Shown piece by piece: positions 37,677 through 48,123 of a stretch of 64,000 nucleotides of DNA. The position numbers and the translations under genes were made by a program. The notes under the pieces are model-generated. The model saw only the letters and a list, made by a program, of their open reading frames with translations. It did not search any database and had not been told where the DNA came from. This DNA is from Phycisphaerae bacterium. Lineage in GTDB: Bacteria > Planctomycetota > Phycisphaerae > UBA1845. The stretch's first letter is position 1; every line of letters begins with the position of its first letter. The stretch is taken from contig CAXXGO010000001.1 in the NCBI GenBank assembly GCA_963666835.2, forward strand, positions 1,888,001-1,952,000. The letters are read 5' to 3'.

Positions 37677-39422
37677 ATGGTCACGTCAGAGTCTGGCGAT
37701 GTGGCAGTGCGAACTTCAACACGCCGGCCGTTGGTCGGGGTGTTGCCATACGCCGTGGTGGTGGTGGTCTACGCCGCGACTTTCCTATTGACTCCCCACG
37801 ACGGGTTTTGGATCAATGACAACGGCTGCAAGTTCATCCAAGTCCAAGCTCTGATTCGTTCGGATTACCAGGCTTACGATATCCCGTGGCCCGGACGCGA
37901 CCTCGACCCGCGTTTCGTGTTCAACCCGCTCCCGGAGCCCTTCGGCCATGTGGTTGATGGCAAGCTCTATGCGACGTTCTCGCCCGTTTTTCCGTTGCTT
38001 TCGTCCTTTCCGTACCGAGCGATTGGGTTTGCCGGTTTGTATCTGTTACCGTTGCTCAGCGGCCTGCTCTTGCTGCCGGCGGTAGGGGCTCTGGCCGGTT
38101 TGCTTGACGGATCCGGACGCGGGCGAAGCTGGTGCCGGGGCTTGGCAGTGATAGTCGTTGCGTTGGGCACGCCCGTGTGGTTCTACAGCGTGACCTTCTG
38201 GGAGCACCTGCCGGCGGTCTGCCTTACGACTTGGGGTGTCGTCTTCTATTTGAGGTTCGTTGCGGGGCAAGCACCGCGTCAGTTGGCGGTTAGTGCGGTG
38301 CTCTGCGGTCTGTCGGTCTACTTCCGCGATGAACTATATGTCTTCGGGGCGGTGGCTGCGGTACTGACGATCTTCACCGGCCGAAGAAGATTACACGCTT
38401 TTTTGTTATTCTGCGGCGTGTTCGTCGGTGTCCTGGTGCCCCTGTGGTTATTCCAATGGCTGACATTGGGAAAGCCGTTTGGATGGCACTTCCAGACTGA
38501 CTCGCTGCTGCAGACGGGTATCCTTGCTCATCTTCGCGATCGCGGGGGGGTCGTGCGACGACTCCTGCTGAACAGTCACGGCAATGCGTGGCTCTCCGCC
38601 GCTCTCAGTATCCCTTATCTGGGGTTACTGGTGTTCTTTCCGCGTTTGCGGGATCGGGTTTTCCGTTGGGCAACCGTTGTCTTGGCCGGGGCGGCCGTGA
38701 TTGGCGGTATCGTTGTGTTCGTCGGCTTCGAGACGGCGAATAACCCGGTACTATGGACAATGTCGGCCAACGGGCTGTTCGCGGTTTCTCCCGTTTTGAT
38801 TCTGGCGTTTTTGCGCCCGCGGAACGTGTGCGGTCGAAAAGGAGGCGAAGCGGGGGGGCGGGCTCGAAAGACCCTCTGGTTGATCCTACTGTTTTATGTG
38901 GCGGCGTATGCCCTGGTGACCCCGCGTCTGCACGCCGGGGGTATCCACTGGGGCTGCCGCTATCTTCTGCCGATGTTTCCGCTCATGGGCGCCGGCGCTT
39001 GTGTTACGGTGAGACACTGGTGGTCGGCGAACCGGGATGTGCTCGGACGCGGCATTGTGATCTTGATGATAGCATCGTCCGTCGGGTTACAGGTGTATTC
39101 TGTAGACCTTCTTCGCGACCGGAAACGTGAATCGGCCGAGGTGAACAGGGTATTCCGCGAGTACCCGGAGCAGATCGTGGTGGCGACAAGCTGGTTCGTC
39201 CCGCAAGAACTCTCGCGTGGGTTCTTCGACCGCCAGGTCTTCCTTGTAAGGAACCCGCAAGTGATGAGAAGTCTGTTCCGGGAGCTTAGCCGGTGCGGGG
39301 TGCCCGAGGTGCTCATGGTGATATCGCACAGGCCGGGCTCGGCGACGAATGACCGGACCCGGGTGATGCGCCTGGGCCATGCGGATCTTGCCTTCGTTCC
39401 GTACCGATTGCCACCCGCGTGA
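37677..39422 (+). CDS. polytopic membrane protein, GT-C glycosyltransferase-like
   Basis: Many TMs; first loop INDNGCKF, FYSVTFWEH, YFRDE, HWGCRYLLP. Confidence 0.6.
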   Translation: MVTSESGDVAVRTSTRRPLVGVLPYAVVVVVYAATFLLTPHDGFWINDNGCKFIQVQALIRSDYQAYDIPWPGRDLDPRFVFNPLPEPFGHVVDGKLYATFSPVFPLLSSFPYRAIGFAGLYLLPLLSGLLLLPAVGALAGLLDGSGRGRSWCRGLAVIVVALGTPVWFYSVTFWEHLPAVCLTTWGVVFYLRFVAGQAPRQLAVSAVLCGLSVYFRDELYVFGAVAAVLTIFTGRRRLHAFLLFCGVFVGVLVPLWLFQWLTLGKPFGWHFQTDSLLQTGILAHLRDRGGVVRRLLLNSHGNAWLSAALSIPYLGLLVFFPRLRDRVFRWATVVLAGAAVIGGIVVFVGFETANNPVLWTMSANGLFAVSPVLILAFLRPRNVCGRKGGEAGGRARKTLWLILLFYVAAYALVTPRLHAGGIHWGCRYLLPMFPLMGAGACVTVRHWWSANRDVLGRGIVILMIASSVGLQVYSVDLLRDRKRESAEVNRVFREYPEQIVVATSWFVPQELSRGFFDRQVFLVRNPQVMRSLFRELSRCGVPEVLMVISHRPGSATNDRTRVMRLGHADLAFVPYRLPPA

Positions 39423-39480
39423 CATGTGGTCGCCGGGCGATGTTTGCCGACGATTCGTTCAGTATTCTGACACTACAGTG

Positions 39481-40149
39481 TCACATCCCGCGCCGGGTCC
39501 AGACGAAGATGCCGACACCGATCGTTGCCAGCACGAAGGTGGCGGGTTCCGGCACCGCGCCGGTAATGACTCGCATCTGGTCAACATCCCAGAGACCGTT
39601 GAGCTTGTTGACGGTCAGCGTGTGCATATCCGCGCTGAGGGTGATGGTGTCTTGTCTGCCGGGTTCCAATCCGCGGAAGATCCCGTCGGGATAGTCGGTC
39701 CCCGAGGCGCCCAACAACCCGTCAGTCTCGTTCAATGTGGAAAAGCGCACGTCTACCCCCAGGATTCTCTCGGCAAACGTAACCGACGCGGGGGACGATA
39801 GCTGACCGGTGCTGAAGCAACCGATAAGCGGGTCGAAATGCAGCAGATAGCTCTGAACGGCGGTGCCTGCGGCGAGCGTGCCGGACGCTGATCTGAGCGT
39901 CCAGGAATCGAAGTAGTAATACGTTCCCGGGGCGGCGATATCGACCTCTAATCCGGATTCGGGTACCACAGCCGCAGACTCGGTGATCAGAAACAGATCG
40001 CTGCTGCTCTGCAGGGCATCGTCGGCCAAGGAAACGGGGGCGGTGACGGGCGTTACGTTTGAACTGAGCTGGGTGACGCCCGCCTGCACCGGCAAGGCGA
40101 GTACCCCGGCGCACAGCATGGCCGTCAGCGCGGTGATTATCCTATTCAC
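39481..40149 (-). CDS. PEP-CTERM sorting-domain protein
   Basis: Signal peptide ending VQA; C-terminal VPEPATFVLATIGVGIFVWTRR. Confidence 0.9.
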   Translation of the reverse strand: MNRIITALTAMLCAGVLALPVQAGVTQLSSNVTPVTAPVSLADDALQSSSDLFLITESAAVVPESGLEVDIAAPGTYYYFDSWTLRSASGTLAAGTAVQSYLLHFDPLIGCFSTGQLSSPASVTFAERILGVDVRFSTLNETDGLLGASGTDYPDGIFRGLEPGRQDTITLSADMHTLTVNKLNGLWDVDQMRVITGAVPEPATFVLATIGVGIFVWTRRGM

Positions 40150-40214
40150 GAGTGCTCCCCCTCCGTTTACGGACGTTTCATCTCGGTCGGACTACTACGC
40201 AAGCGTACGATTGC

Positions 40215-40230
40215 CGCAGTTTGCAGGCCA
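40215..40230 (-). promoter_or_regulatory. sigma54 promoter candidate of the PEP-CTERM gene
   Basis: TGGCCTGCAAACTGCG, GG-N10-GC. Confidence 0.45.
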
Positions 40231-40387
40231 ATCGGCAAAGCGTGACGGTGATTCTGTCCGCGGTGTCTTCGGCGAGCGTCCGATACGCCGTGCTTGCCGG
40301 GACAAGCCGCGCGGACCCACTCGTTAAGCGTCGGTCAACTGCACTGCAAGGGAAGGGTATTTCCGGTGCGGGGGGAGCTCAGGCGGA

Positions 40388-40984
40388 CTACTCGTAATCG
40401 GGATCGATCTCTGCGCACACTAGGCTCAACATCTCGTTGAGGAGCTCTGTCCGCACGACCGTAGCGGACTCCAGCGTCCGCACTTCGCCGTTTTGTCCAT
40501 GGACTGTCGACGTGATGCGCGTGCCAAGGGCGGGAACGTCTTTAGTCTCGGCCATGAACGCTATTCCGGTGGACGAGACGTCCACCAGCCACCCGCAAGA
40601 GCGATCGGGCGACGAGGGCGTGATGAATCCGATGAGACTGCTCTCCGGGCTTCTGCGGGAGGCGCGACGTTCCGGTTGGCGCGGGCTGGGGTCGGCGTCG
40701 CCGCAGACCGTCCGGCCATTTAGCGGATCGACATCATCGAGCGGGATCGCATCCAGAAAGGCCTCGTCGTCTTCACGAGACCAACAGAGATCGTCCAGGT
40801 TCCCGTTCCTCGCCATGGCGACGAACACTCCGTTGGCAGTTGCGAGATTCGGCCGTTCCGCAGGGGCGGCCTCGATTCCCTGGTGTGCAAACCACCGGCG
40901 ATACAGCTCCCGGGCGATGTCCTCATCGGAGAGGATGCTTACCGGCCATCCCAGTTTCCCGAGGGCTTGGCGAAGCGATTCCAT
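40388..40984 (-). CDS. PilZ domain protein with uncharacterised N-terminus
   Basis: ERRASRR, DVSSTG, ATVVR; start uncertain. Confidence 0.7.
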   Translation of the reverse strand: MESLRQALGKLGWPVSILSDEDIARELYRRWFAHQGIEAAPAERPNLATANGVFVAMARNGNLDDLCWSREDDEAFLDAIPLDDVDPLNGRTVCGDADPSPRQPERRASRRSPESSLIGFITPSSPDRSCGWLVDVSSTGIAFMAETKDVPALGTRITSTVHGQNGEVRTLESATVVRTELLNEMLSLVCAEIDPDYE

Positions 40985-41322
40985 GACGGTTTTGACTCCG
41001 GCGTTTATGGGACGATCGCAGGGGGGCACGCAGGCCAACTTCGCCGCCGCGACAGTCTCCGCTGACCGACCAAGGTGATCGGCTTTTCGATCAGCGCCCT
41101 TGATCGAGGTCCCTGCGGTTCCGCCGCGGACCGGTGACGATGCAGGGCAGCGGGATGTTACCGGCCCGGACCGGGAAAGTACCGCCAGCCTTCTCCTGGT
41201 GTTTTGCCGTGACGTAGATCTTAGTGGGGGGGCTGACAGTCCGGATCGGTTGTGCCTCTGGAGCGACTCGTCTCCAATCTGGTGGGGGTGGCCGAGGCAA
41301 GTCTGCCGAAGAGCTTGCCCAT

Positions 41323-41356
41323 GAAGAAGGGGGGCGGATGCAAGCTCCGCCCCCCT
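41323..41356 (-). terminator. intrinsic terminator after the PPIase genes
   Basis: GGGGGCGGA-N7-TCCGCCCCC followed by CTTCTTC on the minus strand. Confidence 0.6.
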
Positions 41357-41384
41357 CAATGGAGTAGTCGAAGAGTCGTCTCGC

Positions 41385-42470
41385 CTATTTCACTTCCAGC
41401 AGCTCGATCTCAAAGATGGTTGTCGCGTTCGGTGGGATCTTGCCCGGGACTTCGCGGCGTCCAAACCCGAGTTCGGGAGGTATGACCATGATCCGTGTTC
41501 CGCCCTCGCGCATGCCGAGGAGCCCCTCTTGGATTCCGGTCAAGAACTTGCCGACCTCCTGCTCAAACGGCTCATCCAGCGAGTACGTGTTCTCGAACTC
41601 CGTTCCGTCGATCAGGCTCGCACGGTAGTGAACGACGACCGTCTCAGTTATGATTGGGGGGGCGCCGTGTCCGACCTCAGAATCTACGTACTTGAGCCCG
41701 GATTCGGTTGAGGTCAGCTTCGCACCCGCCCTTTTCTCAATAGCGGCGAGCCGGTCTCGGTACGTCTTCTCTGCGGCCAGTTTTGCCTTCTCGGCCTCCT
41801 CGCGAATCTTGCGCTCGGCTGCTTCGGAAACAGCCAGCGCCTTGCGGCGGTCGAACGGGCTTTGGAGCTTCACCGACGTAATCACGATTGGTTCAACCGG
41901 AACGACCTTGCTAAGGCCCGCCGCAAAGTCTCTGTGGGGTCCGGTCGTAACCGCGGAGATTTTGTCGACCACATTCAGACCTTCCACTACCCGCCCGAAT
42001 ACCGCGTAAGCGGCTCCGTCGGGTAGGGGTTTGTCCAAACCGGTGTTGGTGTCGCCCACGTTAATGAAGAACTCGGCAACCGCAGAATCCGGGTACCCGA
42101 GCCGGCGGACCATCGCGATTGAGCCGCGCACGTTTGTCAAACCGTTGCCGGATTCACTCTTCACGGCGTCGCGCAGGCCATCGGTCTTCTTGCGCATGTC
42201 GGCGGTGCGGGCTCCGCCCTGAATCAGACCGTCCGGAATGACTCGATGGAAGAGTGTGCCGTCGTAGAACTTCGCGTTGACGTAGTCGACGAAATTCACA
42301 ACGGTCAGAGGGGCCTTTTCGGCATCGAGTTCCAAAACGATGTTCCCCAACGTCGTCTCGAGCTGAACTCGAGGGTGAAGCTCCGCCGTGGCGTCGTCCG
42401 CTGCGGAGGCCGTGATACTACCGAACGCCGGCAGCAGTAAGATTGCGGTAACCAACACTCGGGTCATCAT
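41385..42470 (-). CDS. exported cyclophilin-FKBP fusion PPIase, degenerate paralog
   Basis: Signal peptide; [55 protein letters not shown]. Confidence 0.88.
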   Translation of the reverse strand: MMTRVLVTAILLLPAFGSITASAADDATAELHPRVQLETTLGNIVLELDAEKAPLTVVNFVDYVNAKFYDGTLFHRVIPDGLIQGGARTADMRKKTDGLRDAVKSESGNGLTNVRGSIAMVRRLGYPDSAVAEFFINVGDTNTGLDKPLPDGAAYAVFGRVVEGLNVVDKISAVTTGPHRDFAAGLSKVVPVEPIVITSVKLQSPFDRRKALAVSEAAERKIREEAEKAKLAAEKTYRDRLAAIEKRAGAKLTSTESGLKYVDSEVGHGAPPIITETVVVHYRASLIDGTEFENTYSLDEPFEQEVGKFLTGIQEGLLGMREGGTRIMVIPPELGFGRREVPGKIPPNATTIFEIELLEVK

Positions 42471-42617
42471 CTGTCCTTTCGAAACAAGCGGAATCGCGAG
42501 CCTCCAAGCCAAGCCGCGTCCGCGGGCTGTCAGATCCGCTACGCTGCGCTTCATCCCATCCCGGCCGGAAGCCGTTCCTCCAATGTCAAACACACTTGTG
42601 ATCGAGCCGAACTTCAA

Positions 42618-43712
42618 TCACTTGATGGCCAGCAACTCCACGTCGAAGATCAGGGTTGCATTCGGAGGGATCCTCGGCGGCGAACCGCGTTTCCCGTATG
42701 CCAAGTCGCCGGGGATGATGAGCTTCCGTTTGCCGCCTACCTTCATTGTAGCCACCCCCTCGAGCCAACCCTTGATTACGCCGCCCTGCAAGCCGAAGGT
42801 GAACGGCTTGCCCCGGTCAACGGAGCTGTCGAACTTTGTACCGTCCGTCAGCCAGCCGGTGTAGTGAACTTCAACCTTGTCGGTCTTTGCCGGAGCCGGA
42901 CCATCCCCGACTTTCAGATCGATGTAGACCAAGCCGGTGTCACTTCTGACGGCCTTGGCGTTAGCTTCTTCCTCGGCTTTCTTGATAGTCTCTTGCATCT
43001 TGGCGATTTCCTTCGCTGCAGCTTCTGCTTTGGCCTTCTCCGCGGCGGCCACCATCGCGTCGGCGCGAGCTTGGAGTTTATCACGATCGACTTTGTTGAG
43101 CACGCGGGCGGTTTTGATCACGACGGGTTCGACGGGTACAACCGGCTGCCGCCCACCGCCGTACTTGGCGTGCGTGGCCACTTCGGTATCGCGGATCTTG
43201 TCGATTACGTCCATTCCTTCAACCACCCGTCCGAACACCGCGTAGGCCGCGCCGTCGCGGGGATTATCCAGCGCCGGGTTGTCCACAACATTGATGAAGA
43301 ACTGACAGGTGGCCGAGTCGGGTCTGCCGCCGAGCCGCGCCATGGCGATCGACCCGCGGACGTTCTTCAGCCCGTTCTCCCACTCGTTCTTGATGCCGTC
43401 GCGCAGACCCTCTCTCTTCTGATTGAGGTCCGGAGTGAACCCTCCGCCTTGGATCATGAACGTGCTCATGACGCGGTGGAAGATGGTTCCGTCGTAGAAC
43501 TTGTCGTCGGCATAGCGTACAAAGTTCAGCGTAGTGATCGGCGCCTTCTCTCCGTCGAGGTCGAGGACAAAGTCGCCCAAAGTGGTCTCCATCTTGACCT
43601 GGGCGTGTAGCGACAGATCTTCGGAAGTGGAGGCGGTCTTACCCGGCGTTTCGTCCGCCAGTGCATTCGCCCCCATTAACATCGCAGCCATCATCACAAT
43701 ACAACGAGCCAT
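42618..43712 (-). CDS. exported cyclophilin-FKBP fusion PPIase
   Basis: [69 protein letters not shown]. Confidence 0.93.
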   Translation of the reverse strand: MARCIVMMAAMLMGANALADETPGKTASTSEDLSLHAQVKMETTLGDFVLDLDGEKAPITTLNFVRYADDKFYDGTIFHRVMSTFMIQGGGFTPDLNQKREGLRDGIKNEWENGLKNVRGSIAMARLGGRPDSATCQFFINVVDNPALDNPRDGAAYAVFGRVVEGMDVIDKIRDTEVATHAKYGGGRQPVVPVEPVVIKTARVLNKVDRDKLQARADAMVAAAEKAKAEAAAKEIAKMQETIKKAEEEANAKAVRSDTGLVYIDLKVGDGPAPAKTDKVEVHYTGWLTDGTKFDSSVDRGKPFTFGLQGGVIKGWLEGVATMKVGGKRKLIIPGDLAYGKRGSPPRIPPNATLIFDVELLAIK

Positions 43713-43862
43713 GTTCAGTCCTTTCTTCTCGAGGCTAATCCTCGTTAGGCAGCCGATTCTATGTAACTTACCAGACAAGTACCGCGCGGTGTTTGCGGTC
43801 CGAGCGGTTACTCTTTCTTTTATAACCTCCGTACGCTCTGTCGACACTCGATCCCCGTTCGA

Positions 43863-45263
43863 TCACGTGGGATTCTGCCGCTTGCATCGGAAACCGAGTA
43901 ACTCAATCTCAGCAATCAGATTAGCGTCTGCGGGAACGTCCGCCGGACGGACGTTGTCGTCGAAACCCAGCTCCGAAGGGATCATCAGTCGCCGCTTGCC
44001 GCCTACCTTCATCGACACGATGCCCTCGGCCAGACCCTTAATCGGGCTTCTGTCCAGGGCGAAGGCCGAGACCTTCCCGGTCGGTCCGCTGCCGAACAGT
44101 AATGTGCCGTCCTCCATCCAAACCGTTATGTTGACCGCAACGTCGTCCGCGGCACCGGGCGATTTTCCGAACCCGGGTTCGATCTCCCAGATACTCACGC
44201 CGGAAGAGGTCTGTTGGCGTTCGATTCCCTCCAGTGGCTGAAGTTCGAGAGACGGCGCAGGCGGCTTGATCTCCAGCAATTCGACCTCGTAGACCAGCGT
44301 CGCGTTCGGCGGGATCGACCCGCCTCCTTTCTCGCCGTACGCCAACTCCGGCGGGATTCGCATTCTCCGCTTTCCACCAAGGCGCATTGTTCTGAGCCCC
44401 TCGCGCCATCCGGGGAAGACGTGGTCCAGCGAGAAAGTGGAAGGGCGGCCCCGCTTCGAGGAAGCCTCGATCAGCGTGCCGTCCTCCAACCAGCCGGCGT
44501 AGTTCACCGTTACCGTGGAATGGGCCTGTGGATGCGGGCCATTACCGATTCGCAAATCCCAGTACTTCAGACCCGATCCGGTCGTTACCGGTTCAATCCC
44601 ATCCAATGAGGACTGCATCGGGGGCTGCTTGATCCGCAGGAGCTCTACCTCAAACCGCAGGTCGGCGTTGGGTGGAATATACGGTGGACGACCCTCGGCG
44701 CCATAGGCCAACTTGGCGGGAACCAACAGTTGGCGAATGCCCCCAAGGCGCATCGTCCAGACGCCCTCATAGAATCCCTTCGCCGTTCCCTGTTTAGAGT
44801 AGGCGGGGTTATATCCCTGGTGAGCCGAACTGTCGAAGAGGGTGCCGTCAGTCAGCCACGCCCGGTACGAGACCTGCACGGTTGCATCCGGGTGCGGAAT
44901 CTCGCCTTCGCCCACCCGGATGTCCCAGTACTTCAACCCGGAATCGGTGACTATCGCCTTATTCTCATCGACCGGAGTCGGGTTCGGGTCGGGGGGCTCC
45001 ACGCCCGGTGGGAAAGGCCGCGCGACCTTGTTAACCGATACCGAGGCCCCCTCAAGAATCTCTCCGGTTTTGGCGTCCCTCAGCACCGCTCCCGGAACGG
45101 CGGCAGGCTGCTCAGGGTCGCTCCGGGCTTCCTTGGGATCCGAGCCGTCTCCACGCTTCGTGTCGGCGGATCCGTCCCCGCTGGAAGTCTGGGCCAACAG
45201 GGCGCGGCCCGCACCGAACGCTATGATTAGAATGAACGCTGTCCGGAGCATTCGTTGATTCAT
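43863..45263 (-). CDS. exported triple-FKBP-domain PPIase
   Basis: Three repeats ending IPPNADLRFEVELL, IPPNATLVYEVELL and VPADANLIAEIELL; signal peptide. Confidence 0.9.
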   Translation of the reverse strand: MNQRMLRTAFILIIAFGAGRALLAQTSSGDGSADTKRGDGSDPKEARSDPEQPAAVPGAVLRDAKTGEILEGASVSVNKVARPFPPGVEPPDPNPTPVDENKAIVTDSGLKYWDIRVGEGEIPHPDATVQVSYRAWLTDGTLFDSSAHQGYNPAYSKQGTAKGFYEGVWTMRLGGIRQLLVPAKLAYGAEGRPPYIPPNADLRFEVELLRIKQPPMQSSLDGIEPVTTGSGLKYWDLRIGNGPHPQAHSTVTVNYAGWLEDGTLIEASSKRGRPSTFSLDHVFPGWREGLRTMRLGGKRRMRIPPELAYGEKGGGSIPPNATLVYEVELLEIKPPAPSLELQPLEGIERQQTSSGVSIWEIEPGFGKSPGAADDVAVNITVWMEDGTLLFGSGPTGKVSAFALDRSPIKGLAEGIVSMKVGGKRRLMIPSELGFDDNVRPADVPADANLIAEIELLGFRCKRQNPT

Positions 45264-45616
45264 CGTGTTCTCCTCTCGCGATCACCCCGGGCGCGTTTAC
45301 CCACCGGCTCGGCCCGCACAATCGGCAATATTCTGCACACCCCGGCCATTAATGCAATATGGCCGTTCTCGGACACGCTGCAGGCTTCAGATTGCTGAGA
45401 TCCGAAATGGCTTACGGTAGGAGTTGGCGCGATACACGCGGGGCATCTTGTGCGGGCAGGCTTGATAGCCTTCGTGGGCGGACGATCGAGCATGTACGAG
45501 CGGTCGCTCTATTCCACTCTGAGACGCGCTGGATGAGCTGGCGGGCGTTTGCGTTTGAGTCGCGGTGCCGCGCCAGGAGCCGTGGACACAGACCAGCACA
45601 AGCGGCAAATCGGCGC

Positions 45617-46393
45617 TTATTTCCGCTTCTTCCTCGATAGACAGGCCCAGGCACCGGCGACACCTCCGAGGATTGCTCCAATCAGCCCTTTTTTCAGAAC
45701 ACGTGGCCACAGCGATTTCGATGAGGATTGGGATGCGGCGAGGATTGGGTCGTACTCTTTCTCCGGATCGAATCTGAAAGAACCCACAAGCGCGTCGTAC
45801 ATGGGCATGTACTGCTCCGTTCTGTCGCGATGCGAATAGAGAAAGATCTGGATCAGGGACTCTCTGCCGAAGTGCCCGGTTCCCGAAGCACGGAGTGGCC
45901 CGAAGGACGGTATGTCCATGTCCATCGCCCAGAAGAACCTCCGGTTTGCCCGATCGAGTCTCGGAGAGCGCGCTTCCACGTTCCGGAAAAGCTCGCGGTA
46001 TTCCGGGGAGATGTTCTGCTCGGCGTGATCTTCCATGTTCGCGCCGGTGATGTTCTGGATAATCTCAGGCCACTCGTCCTCGGTTAACTGGCGATCCAAT
46101 CCGAAATCGGCATAGGGCAAGACCTGCACGAACACATAGGGGTACGTGAGCCATTGTATCGAATCGGCCGGCTGAAAACCGACGTCGTAGATGATCTTGA
46201 TGTCTGGATCAGGACCCTGTAGTGCCGAGATGGCGCTCGCGATCGATGCCTCGGGAATCTGTTTCCAGCCTTCGGGGATCGCAACAGAGTAGCCGTACAG
46301 TTGGCTATGGTAAGTAGCTCCCCGAACGGATGGGGCAGCCATCACCGCGAAAGCTGGAACAAGCAGGACAATTCGTGATACGCCGTGCCTCAT
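45617..46393 (-). CDS. exported hypothetical protein with C-terminal TM anchor and basic tail
   Basis: Signal peptide, YGYSVAIPEGW, C-terminal GLIGAILGGVAGAWACLSRKKRK. RBS AAGGAG. Confidence 0.75.
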   Translation of the reverse strand: MRHGVSRIVLLVPAFAVMAAPSVRGATYHSQLYGYSVAIPEGWKQIPEASIASAISALQGPDPDIKIIYDVGFQPADSIQWLTYPYVFVQVLPYADFGLDRQLTEDEWPEIIQNITGANMEDHAEQNISPEYRELFRNVEARSPRLDRANRRFFWAMDMDIPSFGPLRASGTGHFGRESLIQIFLYSHRDRTEQYMPMYDALVGSFRFDPEKEYDPILAASQSSSKSLWPRVLKKGLIGAILGGVAGAWACLSRKKRK

Positions 46394-46431
46394 GCTCGCG
46401 CTCCTTCCCCGCGAGTCCTCCGGTTCGTGAC

Positions 46432-48123
46432 CTACAGCTTCCCGCTTACGATCTCCAGAATCTCCTTCTCCAGCGCGATCGCCTTGTCCTGGATCTGTTG
46501 GCCGCGAGTGAGGATGTCCTTCATCCACGCCTTGTCTTCCACGTCGCCGGAGTTGATCTTGACGTTCAAGAACGCGCCGATCACGCCCGAGCGGGCGGCC
46601 AGGGCGCCTACCCCCGCATCGGATACCGATGCCGGGTTGCCGATCTCTGCCATGGCCTTGCATACTTCCATGCACGCCAGCGAGACCTCCATCACCCGGA
46701 ACGGAACTTCGATTGCTTCTTTCGTGGCGGCCTGGATGGCCTCGTTCTTGGCCGCCTTCTCGGCATCGCTGGTCTGCGGCAAGCCAAACGCGGCCATGAT
46801 CTTGTTGAAGGCGTTGGTGTCCTCATCAATCAGGTGGAGTAGCTCGTCATGATGGGCCTTGCCTTTGGCGGCCCATTCCGAGAACTCCTCCCAGCGATCG
46901 TCCCAGCCGCGCTTGTGGCTTGAAAGATTGGCCACCATAGTCCCGAGGGCCGCGCCCATGGCACCCATCGCCGATGAGATGGACCCGCCGCCCGGAGCCT
47001 TGGATTCGCTGGCGGTCTCCCACACGAAACCCTCGACGGTCATGTCCACGAGCCGGTTGGCCGACGGCTTCTTCGCCTCGATGGCGTACTCGATGATCTT
47101 CTCTTCCGGCTTGAAGGGGTAGAGCTCGTCCAGACCCATGGACTTGACCGCAATCTTGATGATCTCCAAGTCGGGAATGCCAACGGAGCGTTCCTGCATC
47201 CGGAGATAGTACCTCCCGGCCTCGAGCATGGCCTTGAGTGGGATCAAGCCGACCAGTTCCGACCCGGTCACGCGAACTCCACGTCGTTCGGCGTGCTTCT
47301 TACACTCTTCATAGGCGATATGCGCGGGAGTCACGCTGATATTCGTCAGGTTCATCGAAATCTGGGCGACGCCGTATTCCTCGATGAACCACCCGATCCC
47401 CTTGACGCACTTGAGCGAGCCGGGGATCCAAACGTCCTCACCGTTCTCGTCTTTCACCACCGGACCGGTCATCGGGTCGCCCTTACGCTTCTGCCGACCC
47501 TTCTCCCGCACGTCGAAAGCGATGGCGTTGGCCCGACGGGTCGACGTGGTGTTGAGGTTCACGTTATACGCGACTAAGAAGTCGCGGGCGCTGACGGCCG
47601 TAGCCCCGGACCGTGGGTTGAACTTCGCCGGGCCGAAGTCGGGCTTCCATTCCGGCTTGGCGAGCTTCGCGGCCAGACCCTCATACTCTCCGGCGCGGAC
47701 CACGGCCAGGTTTCGCCGTTGCTCACTCAAGGCAGCGTTCTCATAGCAGTAAACGGTGATCCCCACCTCCTCGCCGAGCCTTTTAGCCAACTTGCGGGCA
47801 TACTCGACGGTTTCGTCCATCGTTATGTTCGACACGGGCACGAGCGGGCAGACGTCGGTTGCCCCGAACCGGGGGTGCTCGCCGTGGTGCTTGCTCATGT
47901 CGATGATCTCGGAGGCCTTGCGGATGGCCGCCACCGCCGCATCGAGGACCACATCCGGAGCCCCGACGAAGGTCACGACGGTTCGGTTCGTGGCCTTGCC
48001 GGGGTCGACGTCGAGCAGCGTAACCCCGTCGACGGCCTCAATCTGGTCGGTAATCTGCTTGATGATCGCAAGGTCGTTGCCCTCGCTGAAGTTCGGAACG
48101 CATTCAATCAGTTGGTTGCTCAT
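46432..48123 (-). CDS. ftcD: glutamate formimidoyltransferase / formiminotetrahydrofolate cyclodeaminase
   Basis: IECVPNFSEG, HGEHPRFGATDVCP, LVAYNVNL, GSELVGL; cyclodeaminase APGGGS, GNPASVSDAGV. Confidence 0.93.
   Translation of the reverse strand: MSNQLIECVPNFSEGNDLAIIKQITDQIEAVDGVTLLDVDPGKATNRTVVTFVGAPDVVLDAAVAAIRKASEIIDMSKHHGEHPRFGATDVCPLVPVSNITMDETVEYARKLAKRLGEEVGITVYCYENAALSEQRRNLAVVRAGEYEGLAAKLAKPEWKPDFGPAKFNPRSGATAVSARDFLVAYNVNLNTTSTRRANAIAFDVREKGRQKRKGDPMTGPVVKDENGEDVWIPGSLKCVKGIGWFIEEYGVAQISMNLTNISVTPAHIAYEECKKHAERRGVRVTGSELVGLIPLKAMLEAGRYYLRMQERSVGIPDLEIIKIAVKSMGLDELYPFKPEEKIIEYAIEAKKPSANRLVDMTVEGFVWETASESKAPGGGSISSAMGAMGAALGTMVANLSSHKRGWDDRWEEFSEWAAKGKAHHDELLHLIDEDTNAFNKIMAAFGLPQTSDAEKAAKNEAIQAATKEAIEVPFRVMEVSLACMEVCKAMAEIGNPASVSDAGVGALAARSGVIGAFLNVKINSGDVEDKAWMKDILTRGQQIQDKAIALEKEILEIVSGKL

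Noticed and set aside
40985..41320. c-di-GMP-I riboswitch upstream of the PilZ gene
   Set aside because: GGCAAA is present, but there is no GNRA-capped P2 followed by GCAAA.
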